In this document: positions 24,685-43,125 of the stretch, one piece after another | How the letters are laid out: each line of letters starts with the position of its first letter | Position numbering within the stretch: position 1 is the first letter of the stretch | Source: the human T2T-CHM13v2.0 reference genome, Homo sapiens | Assembly: GCF_009914755.1 (NCBI RefSeq) | Contig: NC_060927.1 | Length of the DNA: 64,000 nucleotides | Reading direction: 5' to 3' (one strand) | Notes under the pieces: generated by a model | What the model saw: the letters and a program-made list of their open reading frames with translations, nothing else | What the model was told of the DNA's origin: nothing | The model's database searches: none | Translations under genes and position numbers: made by a program

Positions 24685-26458
24685 CCTGGGTACAAATTTA
24701 GCCAAAGAGGTGAAAAACATATAAACTGAAAACTATAAGACATTGAAAGAAATTGAAGAAGATAAATAAATGCAAAGATATACCATGTTCATGGATTAGA
24801 AAAATTATTATTGTTAAAATGTGTATACTACTGAAAGCAATCTACAGATTCAATGCAATCTCTATCAAAATTACAATGACATTTTTCACATAAATAGAAA
24901 AAACAATTATAAAATTTTTATGGAACCACAAAAGGCCTTGAACAATAAAAAAATCTTGAGCAAAAAGAATAAAGATTGAGGCATCACACTATCTCACTTC
25001 AAAATATCCTACAAAGCTGTAGTAATCAAAAGATCATAGTATTAGCATTAAAAACAGACACATAGACCAGTGCAACAGAATAGAGAGCCCAGAAGCAAAC
25101 CCACGCATTTACAGTCAATTGACTTTTCAACAAAGGAGCCAAGAACATACAATAGGGAAAGGACAATCTCTTCAATAAATGATGTTGAGACAATTGGATA
25201 TCCACATGCAGAAGAATGAAATTAGACCATCACCTCACACCATATACAAAAATCATGTAAAAATGGTTTAAAGACTTAAAGACCTGAAACTGTACAACTA
25301 CTAGCTAAAAGCATATGGACAAAACTCTACAACATTGGTGTGAGCAATAATTTTTTGGATATGACCTCAAAACTGTAGGCAAAAATAGACAAATGGGATT
25401 ACAGGAAGTTAAAAAGTTTCTGCATGGCAAAGGCAACAGGCAACAGAGAAAAAGATAACCTATGAAATGGAAGAAAATATATGCAAACCGTACATCTGAT
25501 AAGGAGTTAATATCCAAAATATATAAAAAACTGAAATAATATAAGGAAGACAAATGGCCTCATTTAAGAATAGGCAAAGGACCTGAAGACATTTTTCAAA
25601 AGAGGACATACAAATGGCTAACATGAATATGAATAAATGCTCAACATCACTAATCATCAAGAAAATGCAAACTAAAACTACAATGAGATATCACCTCTCA
25701 CTTGTTAGAATGGCTATTATCAAATAGACAAAATATAACTAGTACTGTTGAGAATGTGGAGAATAGGTGACTCTCTCACAGTGTTGGTGAGACTATGTAC
25801 ACCAGACCATGTAACTGAAATTACTTCAGCCACAATGGAAAGCAATATGAAGGTTCCTTTAAAAATTAAAATTAGAATAACCATATGATCCAGCAATCCC
25901 TCCACTGGGTATGTATGAAATTAAATCACGAATCAAAAAGGAAACTAAATCGGTGTGTATAGCTACACTGTCATGTTCTTTGCAGCATTATTCACAATAG
26001 CCAAGGTAAAGAATCAAACTAAAACTGTCCATCAAGAGATGAATGAATAAAGAAAATATAGTATATATACAGAATAAAATACTGTTCAACCTTAAAAATC
26101 AAGGAAATCCTGTTTTGACAAGATGTATGAATCTAGAAGACATTATGTTAAGTGAAATAAGCCAGATACAGAAGGACAAATACCACATGATCTCATTTAC
26201 AGGTGGAATCTTAAAAAGTTAAACTCATAGAAGCAGAAAGTAGAATGGTGGTTACCAGGGACTGAGTTTTGGGGTGGTTGGAAAGATGCTGGTCAAAGAA
26301 TATAAAATTTCAGATAGACGGGAGGAATAAGTTCAAGAGCTCTTTTATGCAACATGGTGACTATAGTTAATAACAATGTACTGTATTCTTGGAAAATTAG
26401 TAAAAGAACAGATTTTAAGTGTTCTTACCATAAAAAATGATATATAAGTTAATGTTTA

Positions 26459-26534
26459 GGTTGCTCTGTCTATGGAGTAGCCATTCTTTTGTTTCTTCAC
26501 TTCTCTAATAAACTTGCTTTCACTTAAAAAAAAA
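26459..26534 (+). mobile_element. Processed (polyadenylated) 3' fragment of an ERV1 LTR, MER41-like
   Basis: gctctgtctatggagtagccattc...aataaacttgctttcactt + A9; TSD aagttaatg(t/c)tta at 26446-26458 and 26533-26545. Confidence 0.8.
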
Positions 26535-27229
26535 GTTAATGCTTACGTTAATTAGATCAAAGTAACCATTCTGCAATGTATGCATATTTCAAAGCATCAT
26601 GTTGTAAATGACAAATATATATACTTTGTATTTGTCAATTTAAAAAAATAATTAATTAATTTTAAAAAAGAGAAACTGGCAGGACATCCAGAATCCTTCC
26701 TTTGTTTGTGTACTAGACCAAATTCCCAGAAGAACTGTAGAGATTTAATAAAGGATATCTGAATAAAGTTGGAGATGGAACTACTGTACTAAACATAGGG
26801 ATGTTAAGAAAACTAGAAGTATTTGGGAGTACTGAGGATAATTGGGATTTTTGTACTCTTAACTAACCTCACTGTTGCTTTCTCTCATCTGTGCCAAAGC
26901 ATTAGCCAGCCTTTACATCATTTTTATGTGTAAAAATTATGTACTGCTGAAATAATAGTGCATATTTATTAAGTTTTTATTATTACATGACTTTTTATAT
27001 TAAAGGTGATAACTACTTCATTATTTTAAAATCTGCTTACCTATTTATCACTGATTCTTTTTTGAAAATGTTCTCACAGATATGTCAAACATTAGGCAAC
27101 ACTATTCCAAAGGCTCAATTACTTCAAATCATCTATCAATCCCCTGGTGTTCCATTTTTGTTTTGTTTGCTTGTTCTAATTGAAGATCTGACTCTGACAG
27201 ATCTTTATTTCTTGCTTCAATCTAGACTA

Positions 27230-28000
27230 TTAGGTTTTTAGGGTTAAGTCACAGTAGTCATGCTGGAATGTCCCTTTTTTCCTCTCTTGTATAGAAGACA
27301 AAGTTTCTCAAATCCCCTGTCTCCCTTGTTCCTGATTTACTACTTCATTTTTCATGAATTATATATCGTGGTAGCTTCCAAGGAAAGAGTAATAGGAAGC
27401 ATGTTTTTGTGAATTATTGCAGATCTGAAAATGTCTTTATTCAATCCTCACATTTCAGTGATACTATACCTTGCTTGGGTATAAAATTATAGGCTGAAAA
27501 TAATTTTCAATCAGAATTTTTAATACTATTGTTATATATCTTTCGGTTTTTCGTGTTACTAGTCTAATATTTATGTTGTGAGTTTTAAAAAATCTGCCCT
27601 TTAAACCCCGGTCTCCTGAAACTTCATGATAATATGCCTTTGAATATTATATTATTTCATTAATTTTTTCTGGGAATTCAATGGGATCTTTTAAGTTAAA
27701 GACATAAGCCCTTACACTTTGGAGATATTTTTGATCATATCTTGATCATTTTCTTTCCTCTTTTTATACTCTCTTTCTCTCTCTAAAATTTGTACTTGTT
27801 GGATGTCGAACCACCTACATTAATCTATATTTATAATTTCTTTGTTCTTATTTTCCACATAGTTTATAGATTTTCCTGACTTCTAATGATTTATTTTTTA
27901 CTGTAATTTACTCTATTTTGCAGTGCCCTTTTTTCTCTGATTGCTTTTTAAAAATAGTTCCCTCTTCTTGTTTTATATATGTATTATTTGACCTGTTCAT
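27230..28000 (-). mobile_element. HAL1/ancient L1 ORF1 relic
   Basis: tctgaaaatgtctttattc...cttgggtataaaattataggctgaaaataattttc. Confidence 0.6.
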
Positions 28001-30085
28001 ATGTTTTAATTGGGTCCCATTTTCATAAATATTTTAGTCACTCTTTGTCATGAGAAAGAATTTTGTATCACATACATTACCTCTTCAGGAAACATCTGTA
28101 TATACTATCAAATTACAAAACACTTACTAGAAGCTCTGGGTGGTGGGGGAGACGCTTGAGGTGTAGGACAAGGTCCAACTAGTTGACTTTACTTAGAGTG
28201 AACTCCTATACATCTCAAGCAACTCCTAAATCTCTAGAGGTCTATATCTGGGGCCTTTCAAAAACAATTTTTACACAGATTATCCTCCAATTTTCTTCAG
28301 GAAAAATTAAACATGGCAATAAGTATTCTCGAAACAGAGCAGAGGAAAGGGCTGTGGGTAGTATAGGGGATGTGTGTAGAACAATTTAATCACCTTGTTC
28401 TACCCTAAACCAATTTCTTGGTGTTCACTGCTTCCTGAATCAACTTCTCCAGAGACTAGACTTCTCTTTTCTCTTAGTGTGTATTTGTGGAGGGGTAAAG
28501 AGATTCTCAAACAGTCTCTGAGTGTTCAGTCTTAAACTGACTTCTGCTTTCCAGGTAACCTGTTTCCCCACAATCAGAGACTCTCAGGGGATTTGTGAGG
28601 TAAGAAAGCCCACTTGCCATTAGAAGCCCCTCTGTGTGATGAATTAGTTTTTGTCATTTTCTGCTTTGCTATGTCTGTTACCTCTCCTCCATCTTATTCC
28701 ACTTTCTAAAATATTGCTGTAAGGATTTTTCTGATGTTATATTTTCTGTTTTTCTCTTTGTTCTCATTAATTAACAAAATTTCTATTTTTAATTAATTTT
28801 TGTGGTGTTTGGGAGGGAAAGGATGTGATTACCTATGATCAGACCATTACATTTAACCGAGTCAGCAAATACATTTTTAAATATTTCTAGATATGTGTTA
28901 ATTTCTTATCATTCTGTTTTCTCACCATAGATACTAAATGAACATGATGCAAAATGAACAACACATAAGTTTCTGAGAGAAAAGTCCTCATGCTGAGAAA
29001 GTTAAGAAATCCTTAGTAACACGGGGTTCTGAGTGAAGAATTACTAAAGGAGATTCTAGAAATCCTTGGTAGAATCTGAACTGTCAAAGGACTAAATTGA
29101 ACAATTACTGCTCTCCCACTATTGCAAAGCCATTTCCTATAGTTGCTGCCACAAGCTAGAACTTCATCCTGGGCATGATTCAACCCCTAATTTGCAAATT
29201 TATAACAGCTCTTGGCTACTAAGCATGGTTTTCTTCTATAGACCATACTTCAATAAAATACTGTTACAAATAACAGATGGACAATGCATTCATTTGTAGA
29301 TGGTTCCTTGTAATAATAATTTATTAACTTTTTTCTTTCTTAGGGCAGAAGTAGCAAACATTAAACTAAATTGCCTATAGCATAAATGGAAGGAAGTTTT
29401 TAAGCAGGTGGGAATTTATTTAGACTTCTTCATTTAATGTGGCATAAAAAAGCAAAGCTAATAAAATGTGGGAAACTATTTTCATCATCAATGAACTTGT
29501 TAGTTTTGCATTTTTTCTTAGTTGAGTAAAAAATACAGGTCATTGATTATTTTGTTTATGAAAGCAAAATAAGGCATCAATCTTCATGCTTTCCATATTA
29601 TCCTAGCAGAGTGATCCTACCAGAGAAAAATTAATATATATGACTCATGGTTTATATAATGATTAATAAGGTAATAGAAATGATATTTATGTCTACATTT
29701 GTGACCCGAGAGAAAAGTCTATCCTAATAGACTAAAGCTATATTATGAAACTACTTACAAGGAATTCAATTCTGGTGGATTTTGTTTATTAGATTCAAAT
29801 GTACTAGATTATAAAACAATAACATAATTAAGGCTATACTGATTTTATCTATAAAACCCACAGAAAGAGGAAGGGCAAAGTAGGGAAGAAGTAAAGTCAT
29901 GTACAAATGGCAGCAAAAATGTTTTAATTAGGAAATATAAAGGAACACAAAAATGTGACTATCACTAAGTGATTGTTAGCTAAGGTTTCAACTAGAGGCC
30001 CATTGCCCATAGGAGGAAGCCTATCACAGCACACAAAATTCCGAGGCCCTCCATCGTCAGCTCCTGCTCTGGCAGACACTATCAG

Positions 30086-30542
30086 TGCCAGCATGATGCT
30101 TATTGCACCTCCTTTTTCCTTGCTAAGAAAACCTTGACTTAACAGAACAAGGTTCCTTGATCTTAGGAAATCTAGATTTTTCATCTGAGGTGGGCATGTT
30201 ATCCAGGTAGAAGAGGAAGTTTTCTGGAGAGTTTCTGGAAGAGAATTTTTATCCCTGATTAGAAAAATACTGTAAGAGAAAGGGTATTTTTCTGTGCCAC
30301 GCAACCTCTTACTTCCTACATTTACCATGGGGTTAGGATGACATGATTGGAGCTGCTACAGCCATGTTGATCCCATGAGGGGAAGGCCTCGAGAATGGCT
30401 TTTATTCTTGATGTAATTAAGCTACTGATCAGAGTCAATAACTGCTTACCATAAAACTTCTTCTTAGAAAAGTAAATTGTTAATTATTTAAGCCTATGTT
30501 GTTTGCGTTCTTGTTTGCAGCCATTAGCAATCCTCACTGACA
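30086..30542 (+). mobile_element. Old MaLR LTR (MLT1J/K/L-like)
   Basis: tggagctgctacagccatgttg...catgaggggaaggcc...ttaagcct...tttgcagcc..agcaatcctcactgaca. Confidence 0.65.
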
Positions 30543-30544
30543 TG

Positions 30545-31130
30545 CCTGCCTCTCCTCCTTTGCCACTGTGCTCTGCTGCACTTGTCACCACTCTATACCC
30601 TAGCTATACAGGCCAATGCGCATTTCCTAAGATGCATCTTCTGTCTCATACCTCTCTCTACCTGGGTCTAGCAGCTCCTGTCCGAATGCCCTTTCCCTTC
30701 TGTTACCCTATGAACTTCCACTCACCTTCATTTAATGAGTTTCCACTTTACGACATTTTTTCTAGGAAAGTTTTCCTGTCACAAAATTCTCTCTTCCACC
30801 TCTCATCTTTTGTTTCACCCACTACAATCTGAACAGAAATATATTTTTTACTGTTTTCTGTGTTTAGGCCATACTCATTTTTTGGAGTCAAATATACAGG
30901 CTCATTTCTACGTTAGAGCCAGACTCTTGCTAGCAATGTCCTGGCCCAGTATCACTGCATGATTAGTTACTTTTTGTCCTTCAGGTTTTAGTGTACATCC
31001 TCTACAATGAACTTTAAATTCAGAGAGGGCAAAATCAGGTTCCTCTGATTCAAAGTTGCATCCTTAACACATCTGAAAGAGTGTTGAATTGAGTAGGTTC
31101 ATAATAAATATTTGAAAATGAATGAACTGA
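30545..31130 (+). mobile_element. L2 3' relic
   Basis: Ends gagtaggttcataataaatatttgaaaatgaatgaa, like the L2 terminus. Confidence 0.5.
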
Positions 31131-32650
31131 ATTTCATACTTTAAATGGGAAGCCCTTCAATGTCAGATGTGGCATTCTAGCTCTCTATGTAGATTACAAA
31201 ATCTGGCCAAGTACACTTATACCCTTTGGGTGAAAAACATGAATGTTCCACAAATGCTGAATGAAAGAATGACAAGATGAATGACTGACGTACCAATTTT
31301 ACTTTTTATTCTTCTCTCTGGTGAAAAGCACATGCTTATTTCCAGGAAAGAATTTGCTTCTGAATATTAGGAGTGGCAACCTTTGTGAGGTCAATTCTCT
31401 GTAAGTAGATTATCTTTGTAAATCTGGACTTGAGTTTGAATAACCTTAAAAGCACACATTAAGTTTGAGTATTCCTAGGAAGATTAGGAAGACTTTGTTC
31501 CAAGCATCTATATATTGGACACCTGAGAGGTCAGGCCATTGATTCTTTTGTATTTTGATGGGAGTATCTATGAAAACATTACTCTTGCAAATATTTCTCT
31601 CCATAATAGAGATGGATGCATCATTAAAAAGTTAATGGTTAGTCTTTAGTCAGTAGAATTTTAGAGTAAAAACATGGAAGTAATAATTAGAAGTTTGGTT
31701 TAAGTTCAACATAAGTCTAACTCTCTTTACAAAGTTATCAACATAAATAATGTTCAAAATGTCTATATGTTAAATAACAAACATTGAAAATGTATACAAA
31801 TCAAACATAAGAGCAAGAAAGGAAAACAGAACCTCTAACATTTGTAGGGACAGAGGAACTGAAAGAAAAATGTTCTGAGAATTTTTCAGCGTTTTTCTTT
31901 TTACACAACTTTCTCTAATTGTATTGATATACTCCATTCTATCAATCAACGTGGATCTACTTTTCGTCAAATACTTACAAGGGAATTGAAACAAAAACCA
32001 CTGTTATAAACATTTGCTGCTCCATTCACCTTTCAAAATGCCTCTTTGAAACATCATGCTGTAATCATTAAATAATCTACTTCAAAATGCATATATGTTT
32101 CAAGATAGAAACTTGAATCAAATGCAATTTCCATTACTTAGAAAAATAAGATTTATACTGGTGAAATGTTTAGACTAAATACATAATATTTTAAAAATAC
32201 CAAAGTATCTGTCATAATAGATGTTTTAGAAGATTGAGAAATGGAAAGTTACTTCAGGGTAGCACTATCTCATGAATAAGGGTAGATTTGAGACAAACTT
32301 TAGAATATTGAGAGGACTGAGCAAAAACTAGGCGAACACTATGAGAAATACATGTGTTATGAGAATGAAAATGCTCAAAGCCTGATACTAATGAAACCAT
32401 ATTACACATTGAAATAGATCACTGCAGAAGAGAAAGGGATTTATTTTATTACTGGTGCTAGGATATGGAAATGCTGTCTGATTTCAATGTCACCTTTGCT
32501 GACAGTAGTGAATCAGGTCATTAGAGAATTATCTCTATGGCCTGTTTGTTGAGGCTCCCGGGGTCTGGCTAGTGAGATCAGATTAGAAGATGCAATAGAT
32601 TTTACAAGGTCATTTAGTATTACCTCTGTCTTTTTCGGCTTTAAATCTAA

Positions 32651-32673
32651 CTATCTATCTGTCTATCTATCTA

Positions 32674-32717
<44 letters not shown>

Positions 32718-32731
32718 ATCTATCTATCTAT
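32651..32731 (+). repeat. Compound (TATC)n/(GATA)n tetranucleotide STR
   Basis: Directly visible; about 10 uninterrupted units plus TGTC, TA and ATC interruptions. Confidence 0.97.
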
Positions 32732-34815
32732 ATACTGTATTCTTGAAGAGGTTTCTTGAGGATTCATCTGATGATTATGTATCATTATGGCAAAGAAAGC
32801 ATGAAATGACTTCTTTAAGTCATTTCTATCCACTTATAAGTTCATAGCCAATTGAAGAGAAGACTAAGTCCCTCATATTAAAAGTTCTGTGGTGCTACTC
32901 TCTGAGCTGCTGGAGAAAAAGTGTGCAACGAGTGAAAACACACTTCTTCAGATCACATCAGACAGGTCAAGAGCATTACAGGATCATTAACTTGGATCTG
33001 TTATTGTATTTAGTACATAAATTCTTTTAGCTCATTACTAAGTGTTACGCCGTGTGCAAATGGGGAGGGGAAAGTCCAAAATTCATTCTGGAGAAAAATA
33101 TTAAAAATAAAATGAAAACATATGTAAGCATATGGAAAGGGATTTGTAGTTAATGATGAAAATCTGCATTTATTAATTTTCGGGTCTGCATTGTATTGTT
33201 TCTAGTTCTAAGTATTGTAGCTTAGAGGCCATGCAAGAAACTTGAAACTAGGAAAATGGAAGAATTATGTATCATATTTTTGTTGGCATTTCTGATTAAC
33301 CTTTCATGTTTTGTTTATATTACAAATAACACTCATATTCACTGTAATACATTTTCTGTATTAAATGTTGGGCAAAGACATTCATATCCCAAGCATTTAT
33401 AAACATATGATTATGTTCCATAAAATTAGATCATTTTAAAAATAAGTGACACTTATTTTCTTACCAGATATTTTATTAACTTTATGTTTTTACTCATCAG
33501 GTAAGATGAATTTGAATTGCTACAATATAAATTTTATACCAGAAACTTGTGCTTAGGAACATATGTGGTTCATGCGGTCTGTATTTCATTTACTTTGATC
33601 ACAAAATCATCTTTTAACAGAGAATTTACAAATTCAGTTGCATAATGATGACTTTTATTAAAGATTGAGAAGTTGAAATTTATCCACAGTAAACCATAGA
33701 CAGCTTTTCATACCCTTTTATACTTATTAAAATTACATGAAAAATTAATCCTTCTAAGTCTTTATTGGAGTGCCTGTTTATTTTCTTGGAATTAAATAAT
33801 AATATTCTCCAATGCTTGCTAAGATATTTTAAAGTAAACATAGTGCTTATTTCTGTAGATTAAAGTCATTATGTTTTCCTGTCATGGGAGAAATTGTGAT
33901 CAGAAATGTGGAAAGTCAAAAATGTCCTATTTCTTGTTCCTGTCCCTTCGTCCCTCATACCTAACCATATCCTATTGCTTTTTTCTCCCTCATTTTCCCC
34001 ATCTTCTGCCACTTTGGCCATTAGGATGAAGGAGCAAAAGTAAAAAAGAAAGCAATAATATAGGAATAGGTCAAGAGAGGAAAAGCTAAAAGAGAACTTG
34101 GATAACTTTTCCTCTCTTTAGAAGTGGAGGTGAAGTAATGCAATGCATGAAGCACTTATTTAGTGTCTTCCATATATAAGAGAATAAGAAAAAAGATCTG
34201 CAAGTGTCAAAAATAGGGTATAAATCTCCACTCTCCACTTGTCTCCTCTCTTACCTCCCCAAACATACTTCACAAACAACATTCCATATCTCTGTTTACA
34301 GAAATAGAATTGAGTCAAATTAAATTCTACTGACAGACAAAAGGCAGTCTTAGGAAAACTGAAGCAGTGAGGTCTAATTTTGGCAAGCTCTGGCTTGACT
34401 TTTTTTGTGTCCCCTCCTCTCATCTGGTTCTTTTCCAACAAGACTGAAATTTCACAAAAGGCCTAGATGTCCCTCAGCTACACTTTCTCAGGCTTACCCT
34501 TTCCACAACTCCCCAGATAAATTTATCTGTAGGCCATCTACTAATGTTCTGTCTGACAGAAGTGAATAAATGAATGAGTTACTGTATGTTAATCTGTTCT
34601 GTGCTTGAGAAGAGATTTAGTGTGGAAATGTGTTAAACCAAGGAAGTGGCTAAAATAATGATACCATAATGAGAATTTAAAGCACTAAGGTTGACCAAAT
34701 GTGAGAAAAGATTTGACTTTGAGGAACCTCTTAAATCCGAAAGTATTGGAGGATACACGCTCTGTCACAGATGCCTGACTAGTGCTATAGCTTGGGGAGC
34801 TTTTGTCCTCTACAA

Positions 34816-35016
34816 CAGGGGACTGCAAACTATTACTCGTGGACCAAATCTACCCAGCTGCCTGTTTTCGTAGATAACATAGTATAAGAACACAGTCATG
34901 TCCATTCTTCAGTGTTTCTGTGCCACAGTGGCAGAGTTTCAGCAAAGACCATATGATTCACAAAGCTTCAAATACTTACTGTCTGGCCCTTTCAAGAAAA
35001 AGTTTGCTGACCTCTA
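34816..35016. mobile_element. hAT-Charlie MITE, MER58A-like
   Basis: TIRs caggggactgcaaact / agtttgctgacctcta; 8-bp TSD-like ctctacaa / ctctatag. Confidence 0.85.
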
Positions 35017-35483
35017 CTCTATAGGAATAATAACATGGAAAAGAGGGGCAAGTCTTCTATCTTATTTCTATTTCTTTCTTTTTCTTTTCCTTTTCCCCCC
35101 CAATTTTTTTTTCTTCAATTATAGAACAGAGCAATTCAAACTTTCAGTTTGACTACTTAGCAAAAGCTAAAACTAATGAATCACGGTTATCTTAAGACAT
35201 CTTCAATTTCTGCTGCTTTTACACTGTAGACATAATTGAATGAGCGGTTGTAGTGATTGTCTTGCTTTGGTTATATAACTCCAAATCAATTCCTATTTAG
35301 CTTCCTTTAATTACTTCTAATGACTGCGATTTATCACACAAGGAATTTACCTCTAACACAGTACAGAAAAATGCATATTGTCTTCTTATCTTACACTGCT
35401 AATGCATCATGTGCATAAAGGAGGCACAGATGTTTAGAGATTATAAATATTTTTGTGATAATATAGACGTAACACAAAACCTA

Positions 35484-35795
<312 letters not shown>

Positions 35796-35929
35796 GCACA
35801 CTAAGATACCATTGCATTCTTCCAAAATAAAACTAGTATAAGAAAAAACTATAAAGTAGCCAATATTTTTAAAATATGAATTTTTGTAGTGCCTTAGTAG
35901 CCCATCCCCCCACGTTTGCATTACCCAAA

Positions 35930-36125
35930 ACATGCTTCCCAGAAAGAGTTCTAAGTAAGTAGGTTAAGAGAGAAAAAAATAAGGAGGTCAAATAAGCTTA
36001 GGAAAGACAAAGTTAAATGGATATCCTTACCGTACAACTTCTCAGAAGTTTTAATGTAAAATGTTCACTATTAATTGCAAAGAGAGGATAGAATATGCTT
36101 TGTTTCTTAATTTACTTATTTACCC
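35930..36125. mobile_element. Old hAT-Charlie-type MITE relic
   Basis: ggtcaaataagcttagga...acttctcagaagttttaat...aagagaggatagaatatgc. Confidence 0.45.
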
Positions 36126-36984
36126 ATTTTTTCAATAAATATTTTCTGAGTGCCTATTCTCTGCCAATCAGTTTTCTAGGTATCTGAATAGAGCATTTCA
36201 AAAAGTTCAAAGGTTACGAAGAGTTGGAGGATATCATGTAAATTTAGAAAGTTTTAGAAAGAATTCATGAAGGGAAAGGACTGAAAAATGAGTGGAATTA
36301 TGGTATGTGGAATTGACTAAAGGAGCTGCATTCTAGTAACTAGAAATATGACTACAGATATACATAAATGGGGGTTAATATACACTTATTGGATTTAAAT
36401 GAATTACATGGAATGTGACGATTGCAATAGTATGATGAAATCTTCTGCTTTGAGAACAGCACCTTGCATATGTTGTTAGTTTGTACACACACGTTCTTGC
36501 ATGCTCGCATACACACAACAATATACTGAAATAGACTTCATTATTAATCTGCTAAATATTAATCAAACTATTAACTGAGTTTTATTGCTTCTGAGGGATT
36601 TTTCAAATTTTACTTTTATTTAATGGTTTTTCTTCAGCATTTGTTTGACTTGTCAGTGTCATTATTGTTCTGAAGTCACACCTTCTAGTTTCGCTTTTAC
36701 TTGTTCTAAGGGCATCAAACAAGCAAAATAAAATGTGATAATTTTATTCTCAAATGTTGTTTAATACATAAATGGTGATGCTCAGATGTTTTTTGTGGTC
36801 TTTCTGTTGTTAGCCTCATAATTTATTCAAATTGACTGAGGAGCAAAGTGATCTATTTAATTTACTGTTCTATTTAAAAAAGAGTTGCTTTGCCATATAT
36901 TAATCTGACCTGGTGAAAAATTTGCATAGGATCAAAATGAAATATATGTAATGTTGAACTATATTTAACATATTTATAACTCCA

Positions 36985-37735
36985 TTGGGATCACTCCAAA
37001 CACATAACCAACTGCCAAATCAACATACTTCCTTGGATTCTAACAGGCATCTCAAACTTAACATGTCCAAAACTGAGATTTTGATCTTTCCCCAAAATCT
37101 GCTCCTCCCAGTTTTCTCTTCTCACATTTCATACCAATTCATCAGTGAATTTTATGGACTCAACTTTAACACATTCCACCTTGGGTTGTTTTCACAACCT
37201 CCTCTGCTACCAAATGGTGGGCCAAAACCTCATCATGTGTCTTCTAGATGATTGCAGAATCCTCCTACATAATCTCCCTAATGTTTATAGTCTCATCACA
37301 GCTACCAGAGTGATTTTGTTAAAGTTAGATTATGTGACTTCCTACTCAGAGCTGGCCACAGGCAACTGCATTTAATGTGAATTAAAAACCTGAATTCTCA
37401 GTGATGTAGAATGGCCTGCACCTAATTGTTACATCCCTGTCTTCCTCTCTTGGTATGTTCCCTTAATCACTCTGCTCCAGCCACTCTGGTCACCTCGAGG
37501 TTCCATCATTACATCTGATCAGACCTGCTTTCTCCACTTCGGATTGCTATTCAAATATTAACTTCACAGAGAAACATTTCCTAATAACCCTTTTTAAAAT
37601 GTCAAGAACCATATTCCTCTTCCTCATTTTAGTTTCCCCACTGCCATTCATCACTTTCTAATATACTATATATTTTACTTATTTATTTTGTTTATAGTTT
37701 TTTCCCTCCAGTAGATTTTAAACTCCATGAGAGTT
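36985..37735 (+). mobile_element. L2 segment
   Basis: ctaacaggcatctcaaacttaacatgtccaaaactga (canonical L2), tcactctgctccagccact, ctccagtagatttta aactccatgag. Confidence 0.8.
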
Positions 37736-38319
37736 CAAATCTTATGGATACAGAAGTAGATATAGTATCTACTTCATAAAATAATTATAGGATTAAAACA
37801 ATTAGCATATATATATAAGGTGCCCTGTACAGTGCCTGGCTTACTGTAGCTAATTTATACATTGAAGTTTCCATTACAGAATGGAAAAGCATGCAGTCAT
37901 ATGGGTCTGCCAAAATCTTGAAGTCAAATGGGCCAGTATGTGGAGCTAGCTCTGCCATTTACTACCTGCTTGGGAATCTTGGTTTGTGGTCTAATGCTGT
38001 ATACTCAGACAGAGCCCAGAATAGTGCCTGGTACACACAGTGACACTTAACATATATCGAATAAATGAATAAAAACACTTTTTTGATAACTCAAAATTTA
38101 CTTGTGGATTTTTTAGTATCTGAGGGATTGTTATTAAGAGCATGAGTTCTATCATGCCAAACTTACATAGTCTGAACTGATTTTAAAACATGCAATGAAA
38201 TTAGTGCTTTTTTTTTGAAAAACAAATTCCTGATTTTAAGTGGCAAATATAATTCAAAAATATCTTCTATGTAAAAAGCCAATAAAAATGTGTTTGAATT
38301 ATGTCAGCTTTCAATAATA

Positions 38320-38498
38320 GTGATAATAATATGTATAATTTTTATACTTACAAGGCATTGCTTATATTTTACCTTATTTTAAACTTTCCCCAACTCAGCA
38401 TACAGGAGTTATTATCCCTGTGTTGCAGAAAAGATGGGCGAAGGAATTTCTACAAAGTCAGACATATAGTAAGTGGCAGAGCTAGCTTCAAATACAGG
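38320..38498 (-). mobile_element. MIR SINE, interrupted by L1PA; resumes at about 42818-42865
   Basis: aaagtcagacatatagtaagtggcagagctagcttcaaatacagg. Confidence 0.6.
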
Positions 38499-42817
<4,319 letters not shown>

Positions 42818-43004
42818 TCAAATGCAGGATTTGGATTTGCCTGCAAAATCTGCATGCTTTTCCATTCACTCTCCCATAATGAAAACTTCAACATATGGAT
42901 TATTTACCGTAAGCCAAGCACTATACTAGGCATATTATATACATATGCTAATTGTTTTTATCCCATAAGCATTTTATGAAGTAGACATTATATCCTTATT
43001 GTAT

Positions 43005-43125
43005 AGCATGGTGGTTACCAGTACAGACTTTGGAGCCAGACTACCTGGGCCAAATTCCAGCTTCACTACTCATTAGCTGTGACCTTGGACAAACATTTCT
43101 GGGCCTCGGGTTTGTCTAAAGATAA
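43005..43125 (+). mobile_element. MIR SINE
   Basis: gcatggtggtta...actttggagccagactacctggg...tagctgtgaccttggacaa. Confidence 0.8.

Larger units (their letters stand above)
21919..26669 (+). mobile_element. 5'-truncated L1MA-type LINE-1: decayed ORF2 and 3' UTR
   Basis: EN start (ISIITLNVNELNSAIKRH), RT motifs ([17 protein letters not shown]), L1MA 3' UTR (gaggaataagttcaagag...catggtgactatagttaataacaatg), A-rich tail; many stops and frameshifts. Confidence 0.93.

Noticed and set aside
23745-24743. Repeated antisense ORFs [12 protein letters not shown]...
   Set aside because: Antisense L1 frames duplicated by the 360-bp tandem repeat
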